Source of the DNA: a virus
IMG/VR virus record: IMGVR_UViG_3300018080_000009
Span: 32,001 to 96,000 of that record
Direction: 5' to 3' (one strand)
DNA: 64,000 nt
Of this stretch, positions 19,393 through 29,391 are shown piece after piece. Each line of letters starts with the position of its first letter. Within the stretch, counting starts at the first letter, position 1. Position numbers and translations under genes: made by a program. The notes below the pieces were generated by a model, which did not search any database, was not told the DNA's origin, and was given only the letters and a program-made list of their open reading frames with translations.

Positions 19393-20106
19393 ATGCCTGA
19401 TTGGTGTAACACAGGAAAAGATGGAGAAGCAGCTTTAGAAGAGGCACAGAAGAAGGCCGCAGCAGCTAGAGAAGGTCTCTTGAGGAGACTATATCTACCA
19501 GCAGATGCGTCATGCTACATAACCATGTTGGATGATCTAGTATCACCGTATGATTATGAAATGCCTTTTACATTTTGGGAGCATCAGCTTTACCGAAATG
19601 GTAGTTGGAAGAATTGGTATACTTGTATTCAGGGAATGAAACATCCTGATACAGGTAAGTCGATGTCATGCCCATTGTGTGAGAGTGGTGACAAGCCTGC
19701 TTTTATGGCAGCTTACACGGTGATTGATCATTCCAAGTGGTCGGATAAGCAGGGCAATGAACATGAGCATGAGGTGAAGTTGTTTGTTGCCAAGTCTGCT
19801 GTACAGAAAATACTCCTTCGTAGAAAAGAGAAGTTTGGGGCTTGGAAGGGTTGGTATGGGGAAGTTATGAGATTAAGTTCAGATTCTCCCAATACTGGAG
19901 ATCAATTTGAGTGGGAAAAGCAATTGAAACCTGCTGATCTCAAGAAATTGACCGGGGGTAAGTTCAAAGACTTTCCAGAACCTCCAAATTACATCGATGT
20001 TTTTGCTCCGAAGACTTTCGAAGAACTACAGAAGGTAGTCAGTGGTCAGCCAGAAGAAGATTTTGGTGATGGTGGAGAGGCTGACGACGATACGATTCGA
20101 TACTAA
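19393..20106 (+). CDS. Single-stranded DNA-binding protein (gp32-like)
   Basis: H...C...CPLC zinc ligands; acidic tail ending DDDTIRY; directly upstream of polymerase. Confidence 0.7.
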   Translation: MPDWCNTGKDGEAALEEAQKKAAAAREGLLRRLYLPADASCYITMLDDLVSPYDYEMPFTFWEHQLYRNGSWKNWYTCIQGMKHPDTGKSMSCPLCESGDKPAFMAAYTVIDHSKWSDKQGNEHEHEVKLFVAKSAVQKILLRRKEKFGAWKGWYGEVMRLSSDSPNTGDQFEWEKQLKPADLKKLTGGKFKDFPEPPNYIDVFAPKTFEELQKVVSGQPEEDFGDGGEADDDTIRY

Positions 20107-20119
20107 GTAAGGAGAAATA

Positions 20120-21967
20120 GTGTCCGATTTTGTACTCAAGAAGGAAGAGTTGCGTCCTTTGATTGAGAGAGTAGTCAATTCACAAGAATTGGGACTTGAT
20201 TATGAAACGACTTCTGTTCATCCGAGTGAAGAAGCTCCGAAGCATCATGACAAATTGATGGCCACGGGGTTTGGTGTAGCTTTTTCTGATGGGTACAGAA
20301 AATATGTTCCGATGATGCATGTTGATAGTGAGTGTTTCACTAGGGAGGAAGTAGATTCACTGTTGAGAGCAATTCTGATGGATAAAGATAAGCAAGTTTG
20401 GGCACATAATGCCAAATTTGAGCAGATGGTATCGAGATCCCTTGGATATGATTCAGAAGCAGCGTGGAGATGTTCCATGCTTCTGCAATTTGGTGTTGGG
20501 TGGAAGCTTCCTGGCAATGATGGATTGAAATTGAAGTCTGCTGTAAAGCATTATCTGAATCATGACATGAAATTGTTGAAGGATGTGATTCCTCTAGGTC
20601 TCAGGGCTCATGATATTCCAGCTAGAAATATTGCTGACTATTGTAGCGATGATGCTTTTCAGTGTTTGAGATTAGGCCATAAGGCTATGGAACGTGCAGA
20701 AGAATTGAATGTAGTAAAGCCATTTATTGATCTAGAGTGTGCGTTTACTCCAGTTCTTGTTCATATGTTGGAAGTCGGAATAGGTTTGGATCAGTCTATG
20801 TTGGATGAGATGCATATTAGACTGAAGACTAGAGTAGATGAGATTTCAGAACTGTTTCTTCAGTTGACTGGTGCTGAAGTTGGTTCGAACAAACAGGTTT
20901 CTAAGAGATTGTATGAGGAGTTGAAATGGTGGCCGAGTCATGGGTTCAAAAAGGGTAAAGGTGGTTGTTACAGTGTAGATGTAGGTCATAGGGAGAAAGT
21001 TAGAAAATGGTTAAGGCCAGGAGATGGTCTAGCAGCTATGGATCTCAAGGATGAGCATGCAGAGCTTTCTAAATTGGTTTCGACTTTTACTGGCAAATTG
21101 AATGGACATGCTCTGAAATATGATGATGGAAGAATAAGAACAGATATTCGTCAAGTTGGTGGTGACACAGGAAGAATGTCATCATCGAATCCGAATCTTC
21201 AGCAGATACCCAGTCATGGTTTAGGATTTGAAGTTCGTAGAGCATTTGTTTCAGAAGAAGGGTGGACGATAATAGATGCTGATTATTCTCAGATGGAATT
21301 GGTGTTGATGGGGCATCTCTCTAGGGATGAGAATTTACTCAAGGCATATCGTGAAGGGTTAGATCTTCACCAGATGACAGCAGATGCTTGTGGAGTAGCC
21401 AGACCAGCAGGAAAAGTCATAAATCTTGGTTTGATTTATGAGATGGGTCCACGGACTTTAGCCCAGAATTTGAAAGTATCTTCTTTTGAGGGGAAGAGAA
21501 TATGGACTGCGTGGCATGCAAAATATCCAAGGGTAAGGCAGTACTGTAATAGGATGCACGCATATGCCAGGAAGCATGGCTTTGTTAGGACTATTACAGG
21601 AAGGATACGGATGATTCCGCAAATTGATTCTAATGTTCCAGCAATACGAGCATATGGTGAGAGACAAGCTAGCAATAGTCCAGACCAAGGTTCAGGAGTA
21701 GACATTTTGAAATTGGCTATGAGAAATCTATATCGTGAATGGAAAGAACGAGGAGTTCTATTCGATTATTGGACTGGTGAAGGTAAGGTGAAGATACCGT
21801 TGTCAGTACATGATGAGATTCTTCTAGAAGCAAGAGATGATTTCAAAGAAGAAGCCAAAGCAGATCTCAAACGTCATATGGAGAATGTTGTTGAGTTAAG
21901 GGCTCCTTTAACAGCTGAAGTAGGAGAGGGTCCGAATTGGGCATTTGCGAAGGAGATAGCAGCCTAG
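20120..21967 (+). CDS. polA: Family A DNA polymerase with 3'-5' exonuclease
   Basis: LDYET, HNAKFE, YCSDD exonuclease motifs; TGRMSSSNPNLQQIP, ADYSQMEL, KVINLGLIY, VHDE. Confidence 0.95.
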   Translation: MSDFVLKKEELRPLIERVVNSQELGLDYETTSVHPSEEAPKHHDKLMATGFGVAFSDGYRKYVPMMHVDSECFTREEVDSLLRAILMDKDKQVWAHNAKFEQMVSRSLGYDSEAAWRCSMLLQFGVGWKLPGNDGLKLKSAVKHYLNHDMKLLKDVIPLGLRAHDIPARNIADYCSDDAFQCLRLGHKAMERAEELNVVKPFIDLECAFTPVLVHMLEVGIGLDQSMLDEMHIRLKTRVDEISELFLQLTGAEVGSNKQVSKRLYEELKWWPSHGFKKGKGGCYSVDVGHREKVRKWLRPGDGLAAMDLKDEHAELSKLVSTFTGKLNGHALKYDDGRIRTDIRQVGGDTGRMSSSNPNLQQIPSHGLGFEVRRAFVSEEGWTIIDADYSQMELVLMGHLSRDENLLKAYREGLDLHQMTADACGVARPAGKVINLGLIYEMGPRTLAQNLKVSSFEGKRIWTAWHAKYPRVRQYCNRMHAYARKHGFVRTITGRIRMIPQIDSNVPAIRAYGERQASNSPDQGSGVDILKLAMRNLYREWKERGVLFDYWTGEGKVKIPLSVHDEILLEARDDFKEEAKADLKRHMENVVELRAPLTAEVGEGPNWAFAKEIAA

Positions 21968-21973
21968 GAGGTT

Positions 21974-22180
21974 TTGATGGCCAAATGTAAGACATGTAAA
22001 GCACCAATAATTTGGGCAGTAACTGATAAAGGTAAGTCTATTCCTTTGGATATGAAGGGTGAGAAGAGATATGTATTGGTTCCAGCACAAGGTGATAGAG
22101 ATCCAGTAGTTGAATTGAGAACTACGTATGCAAGCCATTTTGTTACGTGTCCTGATGCCAAAGAACACAGGAAGAAATAA
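21974..22180 (+). CDS. Small zinc-finger protein
   Basis: CKTC...IIW...GKSIPLD...HFVTCP. Confidence 0.7.
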   Translation: MMAKCKTCKAPIIWAVTDKGKSIPLDMKGEKRYVLVPAQGDRDPVVELRTTYASHFVTCPDAKEHRKK

Positions 22181-22359
22181 TGAAGACTTGGTACAAAACA
22201 GGTAAGGAAGCTGAGGAGGAGTTATGGTCTCTTATAGCCAAAAGATTGAAGCGACAGCAGGAGTATTGGAATATGCTGGAAGATTCTGCCTATAGTTGTC
22301 CACCGCAAGGCTACGATGATTTAGATATTGATGATGATTATTGGTATGGGAGTTTATAG
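22180..22359 (+). CDS. 59-aa acidic protein (below ORF-track cutoff)
   Basis: MKTWYKTGKEAEEELW...YDDLDIDDDYWYGSL*; coupled to both neighbours. Confidence 0.6.
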   Translation: MKTWYKTGKEAEEELWSLIAKRLKRQQEYWNMLEDSAYSCPPQGYDDLDIDDDYWYGSL

Positions 22360-23691
22360 ATGGTTTGGACTCTAGATAGTACGTTGAATGTACCAGAATC
22401 TTTTATGACTCCCGATCTGTTGGAGAAGTTTCAAATAGGTAGGGGAAAAGACAAGGTACTTTTGTACGATCACGATGAAGAAAGGGAAGAATATAGACTT
22501 GCAAGAGCAAGGGGACTGAGTGTTTTAGGGCATTTTGGATATGAAAATAGGAGTACTTTGGGAAGGGATATTCAGTCGAGCTCTAGCTTCAGTCCAAGAA
22601 CTGGCCAAGAAGATTCTGTTAATGGGATATTGAGGAGTGTCCATGAATATGGAGGAGGAATCTTAGTTGCTCCTTGTGGTCAGGGTAAGACAGTAATTCT
22701 TGCCGAGACGATACTTCGTATAGGCAAAGCAGCTTGTATCCTAGTCCATAAGAATTTCTTAGCACAGCAATGGGAAGAAGCTTTCAAGATGCTTGATTCA
22801 GGGGTGCGTGTAGGAAGATTACAAGGGGATAGATGTGATACTGGTGAGACGCATGATGTAGTAGTAGCTATGGTACAGAGTTTGACATCTTCCGCACGAG
22901 AATATCCTGACGAGCATTTCAAGTCATTTGGTGTACTGGGATTAGATGAGGTGCACAGATATGGAGCAGATGTATGGAAAACAGCTATAGTTAAGTATCC
23001 CTCTAAATTGAGAATAGGTCTGACAGCTACTCCACGTAGGTCAGATGGGATGTGGGATATGATGGAAGCCCATATTGGTCCAATACTTCACACGATGCAG
23101 GGGGAGAAGATGTCTCTCAAGATCTATATGGTGTCTACAGACGCTTGGGTAGATCCGAAGAAGTACAATCATAAATGGCTTGATGATCATGGTAAGAGAG
23201 CTAAGTTGATAACTGCTCTGTCTGAGTTACGTGGAAGGAATAAAGTTCTTATAAGAAATATTCGTAGAGCTTGGGATGCTGCTAGAAAGATCTTGGTGAT
23301 TTCTGAAAGAAGAAAACACTTAGATACTTTATGCAAAGGACTATTGGATACAGGAGTACCCGAATCAGATATAGGGTTTTATGTAGGTGGTATGAAACAA
23401 AAAGCTTTAGATGATGCTGCAATGAAAGATGTCATATTCAGTACTTACCAGATGGTGAAGGAAGGTCTTGACATTCCAGCTTTAGATACTCTGATGATGG
23501 CTACGCCTCAGTACTCGATACAGCAATCTATTGGAAGACTTCTTAGAAAATACGAAGGCAAGTCTGATCTAGTTGTTTTAGATTTAGTAGACAAAGAAAT
23601 TGGTATGTTTCTAGGCATGTCGAAGGGAAGAAGGAAACAATACAGAAGTTTGGGATATGATGTGGCCATAAATGACAACATAAAGAAATAG
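22360..23691 (+). CDS. Superfamily 2 DEAD/DEAH helicase
   Basis: APCGQGKT, DEVH, GLTATP, KEGLDIP, QSIGRLLR. Confidence 0.9.
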   Translation: MVWTLDSTLNVPESFMTPDLLEKFQIGRGKDKVLLYDHDEEREEYRLARARGLSVLGHFGYENRSTLGRDIQSSSSFSPRTGQEDSVNGILRSVHEYGGGILVAPCGQGKTVILAETILRIGKAACILVHKNFLAQQWEEAFKMLDSGVRVGRLQGDRCDTGETHDVVVAMVQSLTSSAREYPDEHFKSFGVLGLDEVHRYGADVWKTAIVKYPSKLRIGLTATPRRSDGMWDMMEAHIGPILHTMQGEKMSLKIYMVSTDAWVDPKKYNHKWLDDHGKRAKLITALSELRGRNKVLIRNIRRAWDAARKILVISERRKHLDTLCKGLLDTGVPESDIGFYVGGMKQKALDDAAMKDVIFSTYQMVKEGLDIPALDTLMMATPQYSIQQSIGRLLRKYEGKSDLVVLDLVDKEIGMFLGMSKGRRKQYRSLGYDVAINDNIKK

Positions 23692-23700
23692 GAGAAAGAC

Positions 23701-24330
23701 ATGTCAGAAAAATCAATGGTGTTGATGAGTGCCGAGAATCTAGTTGATTCGGATTTGATACTAAGGACTCCACCGGAAGAAATGTTGGAGTCTGATGTGA
23801 TTGCGGTATGGAGTTTTTTAGACCTGGTTGAGAAGGAGATGGTCAAGAAGAGGAAGGTAAAGCTTCGTGATCATCTGATGAAATTGGCAGAAGAGAAGGG
23901 TACTGTAAACAAGAATGGATCTTTTGTCTGGAAATCAAAGGATTCAGATGCCAAGGTTACGAAGCAGCGTAGAGAAGCCAAGCCTTCTTTAGATGCAGAC
24001 AAATTTGTAGAGAGATTCGAAGATATACCAGGGGTTTGTGGGAAGGCTTTGCGTCGCCAAGTATTCCTTACGGAGAGGGATTACCGCCTTTTGATAGATT
24101 TGTTTAATACTTTGATTTCTGAAGATCCCGAGGATGTCTTTGTTTCAAGTCTGTTGGAGAAAGTCAAAGATGCTTCGATTACTGTAGATGAAGATGTAGT
24201 CGAGGGAATGGTGAAACTCGGTATGATTGATCTAGAAGATCTTAGGGAGATAAGTACTCCAGGGAAAGTGTCATGGGCTTTGACTGTTAAGAAGCCTTCA
24301 GAAATCGAGGAATTAAAGAAGAGGATGTAG
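23701..24330 (+). CDS. Hypothetical protein
   Basis: RBS AGGAG; 209 aa. Confidence 0.55.
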   Translation: MSEKSMVLMSAENLVDSDLILRTPPEEMLESDVIAVWSFLDLVEKEMVKKRKVKLRDHLMKLAEEKGTVNKNGSFVWKSKDSDAKVTKQRREAKPSLDADKFVERFEDIPGVCGKALRRQVFLTERDYRLLIDLFNTLISEDPEDVFVSSLLEKVKDASITVDEDVVEGMVKLGMIDLEDLREISTPGKVSWALTVKKPSEIEELKKRM

Positions 24331-24918
24331 ATGGCAAGGCCAAAGTTACCAGAAGATGAGAAAGCCGTAAGAGATCCGATCAAGCAGTCAGAATATAATC
24401 GGCAATACTACGAGAGAAACAAAGAGAGGATCCAGGCTAGGAAGAAGAAGCGGTACCATAATGATGCTGGTGTTAAGGAAGCCTATATCACTCGTGCAGT
24501 CGAGAGAAAACGACGACTGTCTAAGGAAAAGGCTGCTCTAAAGAGAATGGGTAAGCTTCCTTTGAAACGGGAGTGGGCAGAATACAACGTCCAGCACAAT
24601 GGGAGATGGTTTGTAGTTGAGATGACTACGGCTGGAATACTTGCCAGAATGTTTAGTAGATCTATTCAGACTCTACGTATTTGGGAGAGTCGATGCATAC
24701 TTCCGAAATGCGTATGGAGGTCTCCAGCAAGTGATCGATTGTATACTCGTCTTCAGGTAGAAGGTTTGATGAAGATCTACAAGGATCAGATCAGGAAATA
24801 CGGCAAGCATATAGTAAATACCCGTATTGGAAGTACGGAATTCTCGTCCAGAGCCCATGAATTATGGGTCCAATATCCATTGGGGTTTGATCTATCGAAG
24901 GTCAGGAAAGAGGTTTAG
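24331..24918 (+). CDS. DNA-binding protein with MerR-like HTH
   Basis: TAGILARMFSRSIQTLRIWESRCILP...RLYT; basic N-terminus. Confidence 0.65.
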   Translation: MARPKLPEDEKAVRDPIKQSEYNRQYYERNKERIQARKKKRYHNDAGVKEAYITRAVERKRRLSKEKAALKRMGKLPLKREWAEYNVQHNGRWFVVEMTTAGILARMFSRSIQTLRIWESRCILPKCVWRSPASDRLYTRLQVEGLMKIYKDQIRKYGKHIVNTRIGSTEFSSRAHELWVQYPLGFDLSKVRKEV

Positions 24919-24922
24919 GGAC

Positions 24923-25234
24923 ATGGTAGAGAAAAAGAAAAAGGCTAAGATTTCAGGTCAAGGCAAGCTTTGGGTATCGAGGAGGTATCCCGATAAGTCT
25001 GAGGATAGTGAAGAATACAAGCTTGGAGTTCGTGAGTTTGAAGTAGAGCCTGCTTATGTGAAAGCAGGATATGCTTTGACTTTGAATCTTGGGAACTACG
25101 AGAGTGCCAAATGTGAAGCTGGGGTTACGCTTCCCTGTTATGTTGAGGAGATCAAGGAAGCGTTTGATGAAGCATGGAGAATTGCTGAAGAGGAGATTCA
25201 GGAGCAAGTAGCCAAGGTACGTAAAGGAAAGTAG
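24923..25234 (+). CDS. Conserved-type phage hypothetical protein
   Basis: TLNLGNYESAK motif; ATG at 24923. Confidence 0.55.
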   Translation: MVEKKKKAKISGQGKLWVSRRYPDKSEDSEEYKLGVREFEVEPAYVKAGYALTLNLGNYESAKCEAGVTLPCYVEEIKEAFDEAWRIAEEEIQEQVAKVRKGK

Positions 25235-25419
25235 TTTGCCAAAAAGAAGCAAGAGAAAGAAGGTTTGGTATCCAGAAAATCTGTTTCATGAGGTTATGGA
25301 ATATGATGAGCCTGAGTTCGAACGAGCTGTGTACAGGTACAATGAGAAATTTAATTCAAATTTTTTACCTGAAGAAGTAGCCAGGGCTCTTAAGAGATGG
25401 AAGAAAGTGCAGGGTAAGA

Positions 25420-26565
25420 ATGAGTAAAATCGACAAGATCCTTGCTGATGTTAATAAGATGTTTGGTAAGGGTACGATGCTCCGTGCAGCCGAGGCAGAT
25501 AGTTTAGTTGTAGACAGAATTCCTACGGGTATTTTTGATTTGGATATGAAGATTGGTGGTGGGATACCTCGTGGACGTATTACCATGTTTAAGGGTGAAT
25601 ACAGTACAGGTAAGTCTTCAGTAGCTCAGAAGGTAGTAGTCAATGCTCAGAATACATGCAGATTTTGTGGCGAAATGTTTGAATGGGTAGACTTGTTGGG
25701 TGAGGTACACGAGAAGAAATGTTCCTGTGGAAAGAGGGAGCCCATGAGGGTAGGTTGGTTTGATGTAGAGCATTGTTATGATCCAGTTTGGGCTTCCAAG
25801 TGGGGGGTTAGAGTAGAGGATCTGATTCTATCTCAGCCAGAATCTGCTGAGATGGCTGTTGATATATTTGAGAGGTGTTTAGATTCTCAGGAATTCGATT
25901 TGTTGGTTTTGGATTCAGTAGCAGCATTGACCCCGATTTTAGAAATTGAATCCTCCGCTATGGATGCGAATGTTGGAGTCATGGCTAGATTGATGAATAG
26001 AGCTTTACGTAGTTGGACTTCCCGCATGAATGCTCAAGGACTTTTGTCCAAAATTAAGACAACGATAATTCTTATCAATCAGATGCGTGTAGGTATTGGT
26101 CCGTATTCTGGAGTAACTTCACCAGGGGGAAAGGGTTTAGATTTTTTTGAGTCTTTAGAAATTCGGTTCAAGAAGAAAAAGGTGTTGCTGTCTAAAGATA
26201 AGCCCATAGGTAATTTGGTTGAGTTTACTATTAAGAAGAACAAGACAGCCCCGCCATCGTCTGGTGGAATGTTCAATATGTATCTTGTTCCGGTTCCAGG
26301 CAAATACAGTATTGGGGATACAGACTTAGATACTCAGGTTTTGAGAGCCGCCATTGCTTGGGGAGCAATCCGTAGGGGAGGAGCGTGGTATTATTTTCCA
26401 GATGATACGAAAGCACAGGGTGAAGAGAAGGCTTCAGAGATATTGAGGAATAATCCCAAGATGTTTGAAGAGCTAAAGAAGATGGTTATTGCTAGAGAGC
26501 TTGCTTGGCAAGATACAGGGGAGGGTCTAGATACAGAAGAATCTGATGAAGAGGAAAGTGAATAA
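25420..26565 (+). CDS. recA: RecA recombinase
   Basis: GGGIPRGRI, GEYSTGKS, FDVEH, VLDSVAAL, ARLMNRALR, INQMR, GGKGLDF, KNK, GAWY. Confidence 0.95.
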   Translation: MSKIDKILADVNKMFGKGTMLRAAEADSLVVDRIPTGIFDLDMKIGGGIPRGRITMFKGEYSTGKSSVAQKVVVNAQNTCRFCGEMFEWVDLLGEVHEKKCSCGKREPMRVGWFDVEHCYDPVWASKWGVRVEDLILSQPESAEMAVDIFERCLDSQEFDLLVLDSVAALTPILEIESSAMDANVGVMARLMNRALRSWTSRMNAQGLLSKIKTTIILINQMRVGIGPYSGVTSPGGKGLDFFESLEIRFKKKKVLLSKDKPIGNLVEFTIKKNKTAPPSSGGMFNMYLVPVPGKYSIGDTDLDTQVLRAAIAWGAIRRGGAWYYFPDDTKAQGEEKASEILRNNPKMFEELKKMVIARELAWQDTGEGLDTEESDEEESE

Positions 26566-26945
26566 TGTCTAACTGGAAGCCGAAGATGTGGGATAAGGAG
26601 GAAGATTCCGTATCGATGAAGTCCAGAAAGAACGAAAAGAGATTGTCTAAAGAGGTAGGATTTCAGCTTACCAAAGGGTCTGGAAATCAGCCCTGGGTGT
26701 CAGATAAGGGGGATGGTAAATCAGATGATTTTGTATTTGAACTTAAGGAAACGAAGCATAAGAAGATCTCAGTCAATTCGAGAGTGATTGAGAAAATTTG
26801 TAAAGAAGCTGCTGCAGTAGGCAAGTCTCCTGTTTTGATACTCTCAGCTTATGGGTTGCCCGAGTATTTACCCAATGAATGGGCAGTGATGCCTGTTGAA
26901 GTATTTACAGAATTGTTTGAAGTATGGAAGAAGTGTAGATCATGA
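26565..26945 (+). CDS. PD-(D/E)xK nuclease, Holliday junction resolvase-like
   Basis: E...GSG...KGD...FELK; follows recA. Confidence 0.65.
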   Translation: MSNWKPKMWDKEEDSVSMKSRKNEKRLSKEVGFQLTKGSGNQPWVSDKGDGKSDDFVFELKETKHKKISVNSRVIEKICKEAAAVGKSPVLILSAYGLPEYLPNEWAVMPVEVFTELFEVWKKCRS

Positions 26946-27101
26946 TAGTGGATTTCATTTTAGATCTTCCGTATTGGACAGCTAGACTATTCATCCCGGA
27001 GTGTATTTGGGAAGATTGGTTGTGCGACTGTGAATTGAAAAAGGCTTCTTGGATTGTGAGATATTTCATTAAGCATAGATGGCCGTTGAGTTGTAGATGG
27101 G

Positions 27102-27482
27102 ATGAGTACGATGCATGATTCTGAGACAGCTGTCCTGATGGAGTCTTTTGATAAGCATATAGCTGAAAAGAAATTAGGTATTAAGAAAAGTGTTGGTAAT
27201 GCCTTCATGAATATAGAAGCTTTGTGTTTTGATATAGTCAGTGAAATAAATGATCAGATTGAATCTGAATTGATTAAGAAATTTCCTACGGATTTAGAAC
27301 AGGCCGAGGCTAAGTTTGGTGGCATGTATATTGAAGTGCTCAGACCAGAATTTAAGGTAGAAGTTACAAAGATGATGGTATTTCAGGGTTTTAAGTATAG
27401 ATACCAGGATGAAGGCCATCCGAATATGTTTGTAGAAGACAACATTAGATTCAGGGAAGTCTATGGATACGAAAACTATTAG
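27102..27482 (+). CDS. Hypothetical protein
   Basis: 126-aa ORF. Confidence 0.45.
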   Translation: MSTMHDSETAVLMESFDKHIAEKKLGIKKSVGNAFMNIEALCFDIVSEINDQIESELIKKFPTDLEQAEAKFGGMYIEVLRPEFKVEVTKMMVFQGFKYRYQDEGHPNMFVEDNIRFREVYGYENY

Positions 27483-27801
27483 AAAATGGTCTACTGATAG
27501 GAAGTTGCTTCGTATAAAGGAGATCTCTGGAGCTTTTGATTCCTATGAAGAACGGAAGAAGAATGAAGTTCTTGATGAGCTTGTAATACTTCTGCTTGAG
27601 ATATTGGCTGCAGTAATAAAGGAGAAGAAGTGTAAATATACTCCTCTAGAATTATTTGAGGGAGTATTCAAGGATTTAGTTGGGGGTCCTATATATAAGA
27701 GGTTTTTGGAAACCAAGGAACTGGTAGGCAGATATAAGTCCAGTAATTCCTCAGATAGATCTCGTCTCCGGCCCAAGTTGGTAGCCAGAGGCATGATTTA
27801 G
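27463..27801 (+). CDS. Hypothetical protein
   Basis: 112-aa ORF. Confidence 0.45.
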   Translation: MDTKTIRKWSTDRKLLRIKEISGAFDSYEERKKNEVLDELVILLLEILAAVIKEKKCKYTPLELFEGVFKDLVGGPIYKRFLETKELVGRYKSSNSSDRSRLRPKLVARGMI

Positions 27802-27831
27802 CTCTATTCTGAAATTATAAGGAGGTGTTCT

Positions 27832-28536
27832 ATGAAAACTTTAATGCATTTGTGTCTTTTGTTTCTTTTGGTTTTGTTTCAGTGTTCAGAAGGAGAAATA
27901 GATAGAGATTCCGATACTGATACGGACACAGATACCTATACAGGAGGTGATGTAGATGGAGACTCTGATACTGATACCGATAATGATACTGATAGCGATT
28001 CAGATATGGACACAGATACTGATACCGATTCCGACTCCGACACGGATACAGATACTGACGCAGATATTGATACTGATAGCGACAGTGACAGTGACACGGA
28101 TGTAGACGGAGATACTTGGGTAGATCCAGATACAGGTTTGATGTGGATAACAAGTCCTTGGAATGCTCTTCCGTCACTTTCTCAAGATGATGCCATCTTG
28201 TATTGTCAAAATTTGGATTATGCTGGAAATACAGATTGGAGACTTCCTGATATTGAAGAAATGAGGACGGTAGTAGTAGATTGTCCAGATATTGAGCCAG
28301 AAGGTGATTGTGGAGTGACTGAAGACTGTCTAGAATCTTATTGTGTAGAAGGATGCATTTTTTGTGACGACGGGAATTCTCATCAAGAAGAAGTTTTTGG
28401 AGGACCGTTTATGTACTTGTGGTCTTCGTCTCCAATTCCCGATTGGCCAGAATATGGTTGGACTATGAGCTATGCAAATGCTGGTATTGTTGCTGTAATT
28501 TCTGAGAACCCTTGGTACGTGAGATGTGTCCGTTAA
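27832..28536 (+). CDS. Lipoprotein-like DT/DS-repeat protein with DUF1566 (Lcl C-terminal) domain
   Basis: Signal peptide ending in Cys; (DT/DS)n tract; VDPDTGLMW...AILYC...DWRLPDIEE...WSSS...YVRCVR. Confidence 0.8.
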   Translation: MKTLMHLCLLFLLVLFQCSEGEIDRDSDTDTDTDTYTGGDVDGDSDTDTDNDTDSDSDMDTDTDTDSDSDTDTDTDADIDTDSDSDSDTDVDGDTWVDPDTGLMWITSPWNALPSLSQDDAILYCQNLDYAGNTDWRLPDIEEMRTVVVDCPDIEPEGDCGVTEDCLESYCVEGCIFCDDGNSHQEEVFGGPFMYLWSSSPIPDWPEYGWTMSYANAGIVAVISENPWYVRCVR

Positions 28537-28555
28537 AAACAATTGGATAAAAAGT

Positions 28556-28583
28556 TTGACAAAACTCTAGTATATAATATACT
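28556..28583 (+). promoter_or_regulatory. Sigma70-type promoter, copy 3
   Basis: TTGACA-16-TATACT. Confidence 0.65.
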
Positions 28584-28644
28584 TGCCGTATGAACTGTAA
28601 CCGTAAAATTCTCAGTCCAAATGACGGAAGGAGATTCAGTAGAC

Positions 28645-29391
28645 ATGCCAAAGACACAGCAGTCAGACAAAGAAAAATTTGGGGTTACGAAGGAGATGAG
28701 AGAAACATATGAACGCATAATGCGTCGAAGACTCTCTAGTCCTACATTCCATTACAGAGTTGATGAAAACGGTGAAGAGGTGAAAGTCTATCATCGAGAC
28801 AGATCAACGAATTGGAATGATTCCAATGAAGGCACTGTCCGAAGAAAACAGCCGTATATGATGGGAGAGGGATTAGGTAACAATCTAGGGATTGATAAGC
28901 CTAAGTATACGTATTCTGAACGAGTCGAGGAGGTAGATGAAGAAGAAAGAGATTTCCAGAGGAAGGTACGTAGACTCAAGACTCAGTTGACTCGTAGGAA
29001 AAATAAGGTAAGAGTTGAATCCCAGAAGAAGGCTGAAGAGGACGGAAGGTGGATGACAGGACAACGTATTTTTGCTCTCAAGCGTACGTATGATCAGAAT
29101 TTGAATCATGGTCGTGATTTTGAGACTCGTTCAAAACGCTTGAAGATACAGATTCCCGATGGAGTAGATGTTGCCCAGACAGAATTTGGTATGCTCCTCA
29201 TTATTCCAGTAATAGAAGCAGAAGAGGGTTGGAGCAAAGGTTTAGGCAATCCGAAGAAAGATCCATATGGCAGGAATTTTTGGGTCAGTACCGAAGTCAA
29301 AGAGGCAGTCCAGAATTTATTTGGATATGTTAATTGGGAACGACCCCTAACTATTCCAGAAGCAGAGCAGTTTGGAGTAAAGGTGTTGTAA
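28645..29391 (+). CDS. Hypothetical protein
   Basis: ATG at 28645 after GAAGGAG; first gene after promoter. Confidence 0.55.
   Translation: MPKTQQSDKEKFGVTKEMRETYERIMRRRLSSPTFHYRVDENGEEVKVYHRDRSTNWNDSNEGTVRRKQPYMMGEGLGNNLGIDKPKYTYSERVEEVDEEERDFQRKVRRLKTQLTRRKNKVRVESQKKAEEDGRWMTGQRIFALKRTYDQNLNHGRDFETRSKRLKIQIPDGVDVAQTEFGMLLIIPVIEAEEGWSKGLGNPKKDPYGRNFWVSTEVKEAVQNLFGYVNWERPLTIPEAEQFGVKVL

Noticed and set aside
25650-25745. Intein in RecA
   Set aside because: The insert is ~30 aa with no C-terminal HN/splicing motifs.
27830-28177. Minus-strand Tyr/Arg/Gln repeat ORF
   Set aside because: Antisense shadow of the DT/DS repeat gene.
27832-28536. Diversity-generating retroelement target (Lcl/CLec-type domain)
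   Set aside because: No reverse transcriptase and no template repeat of its 3' end seen in the window.
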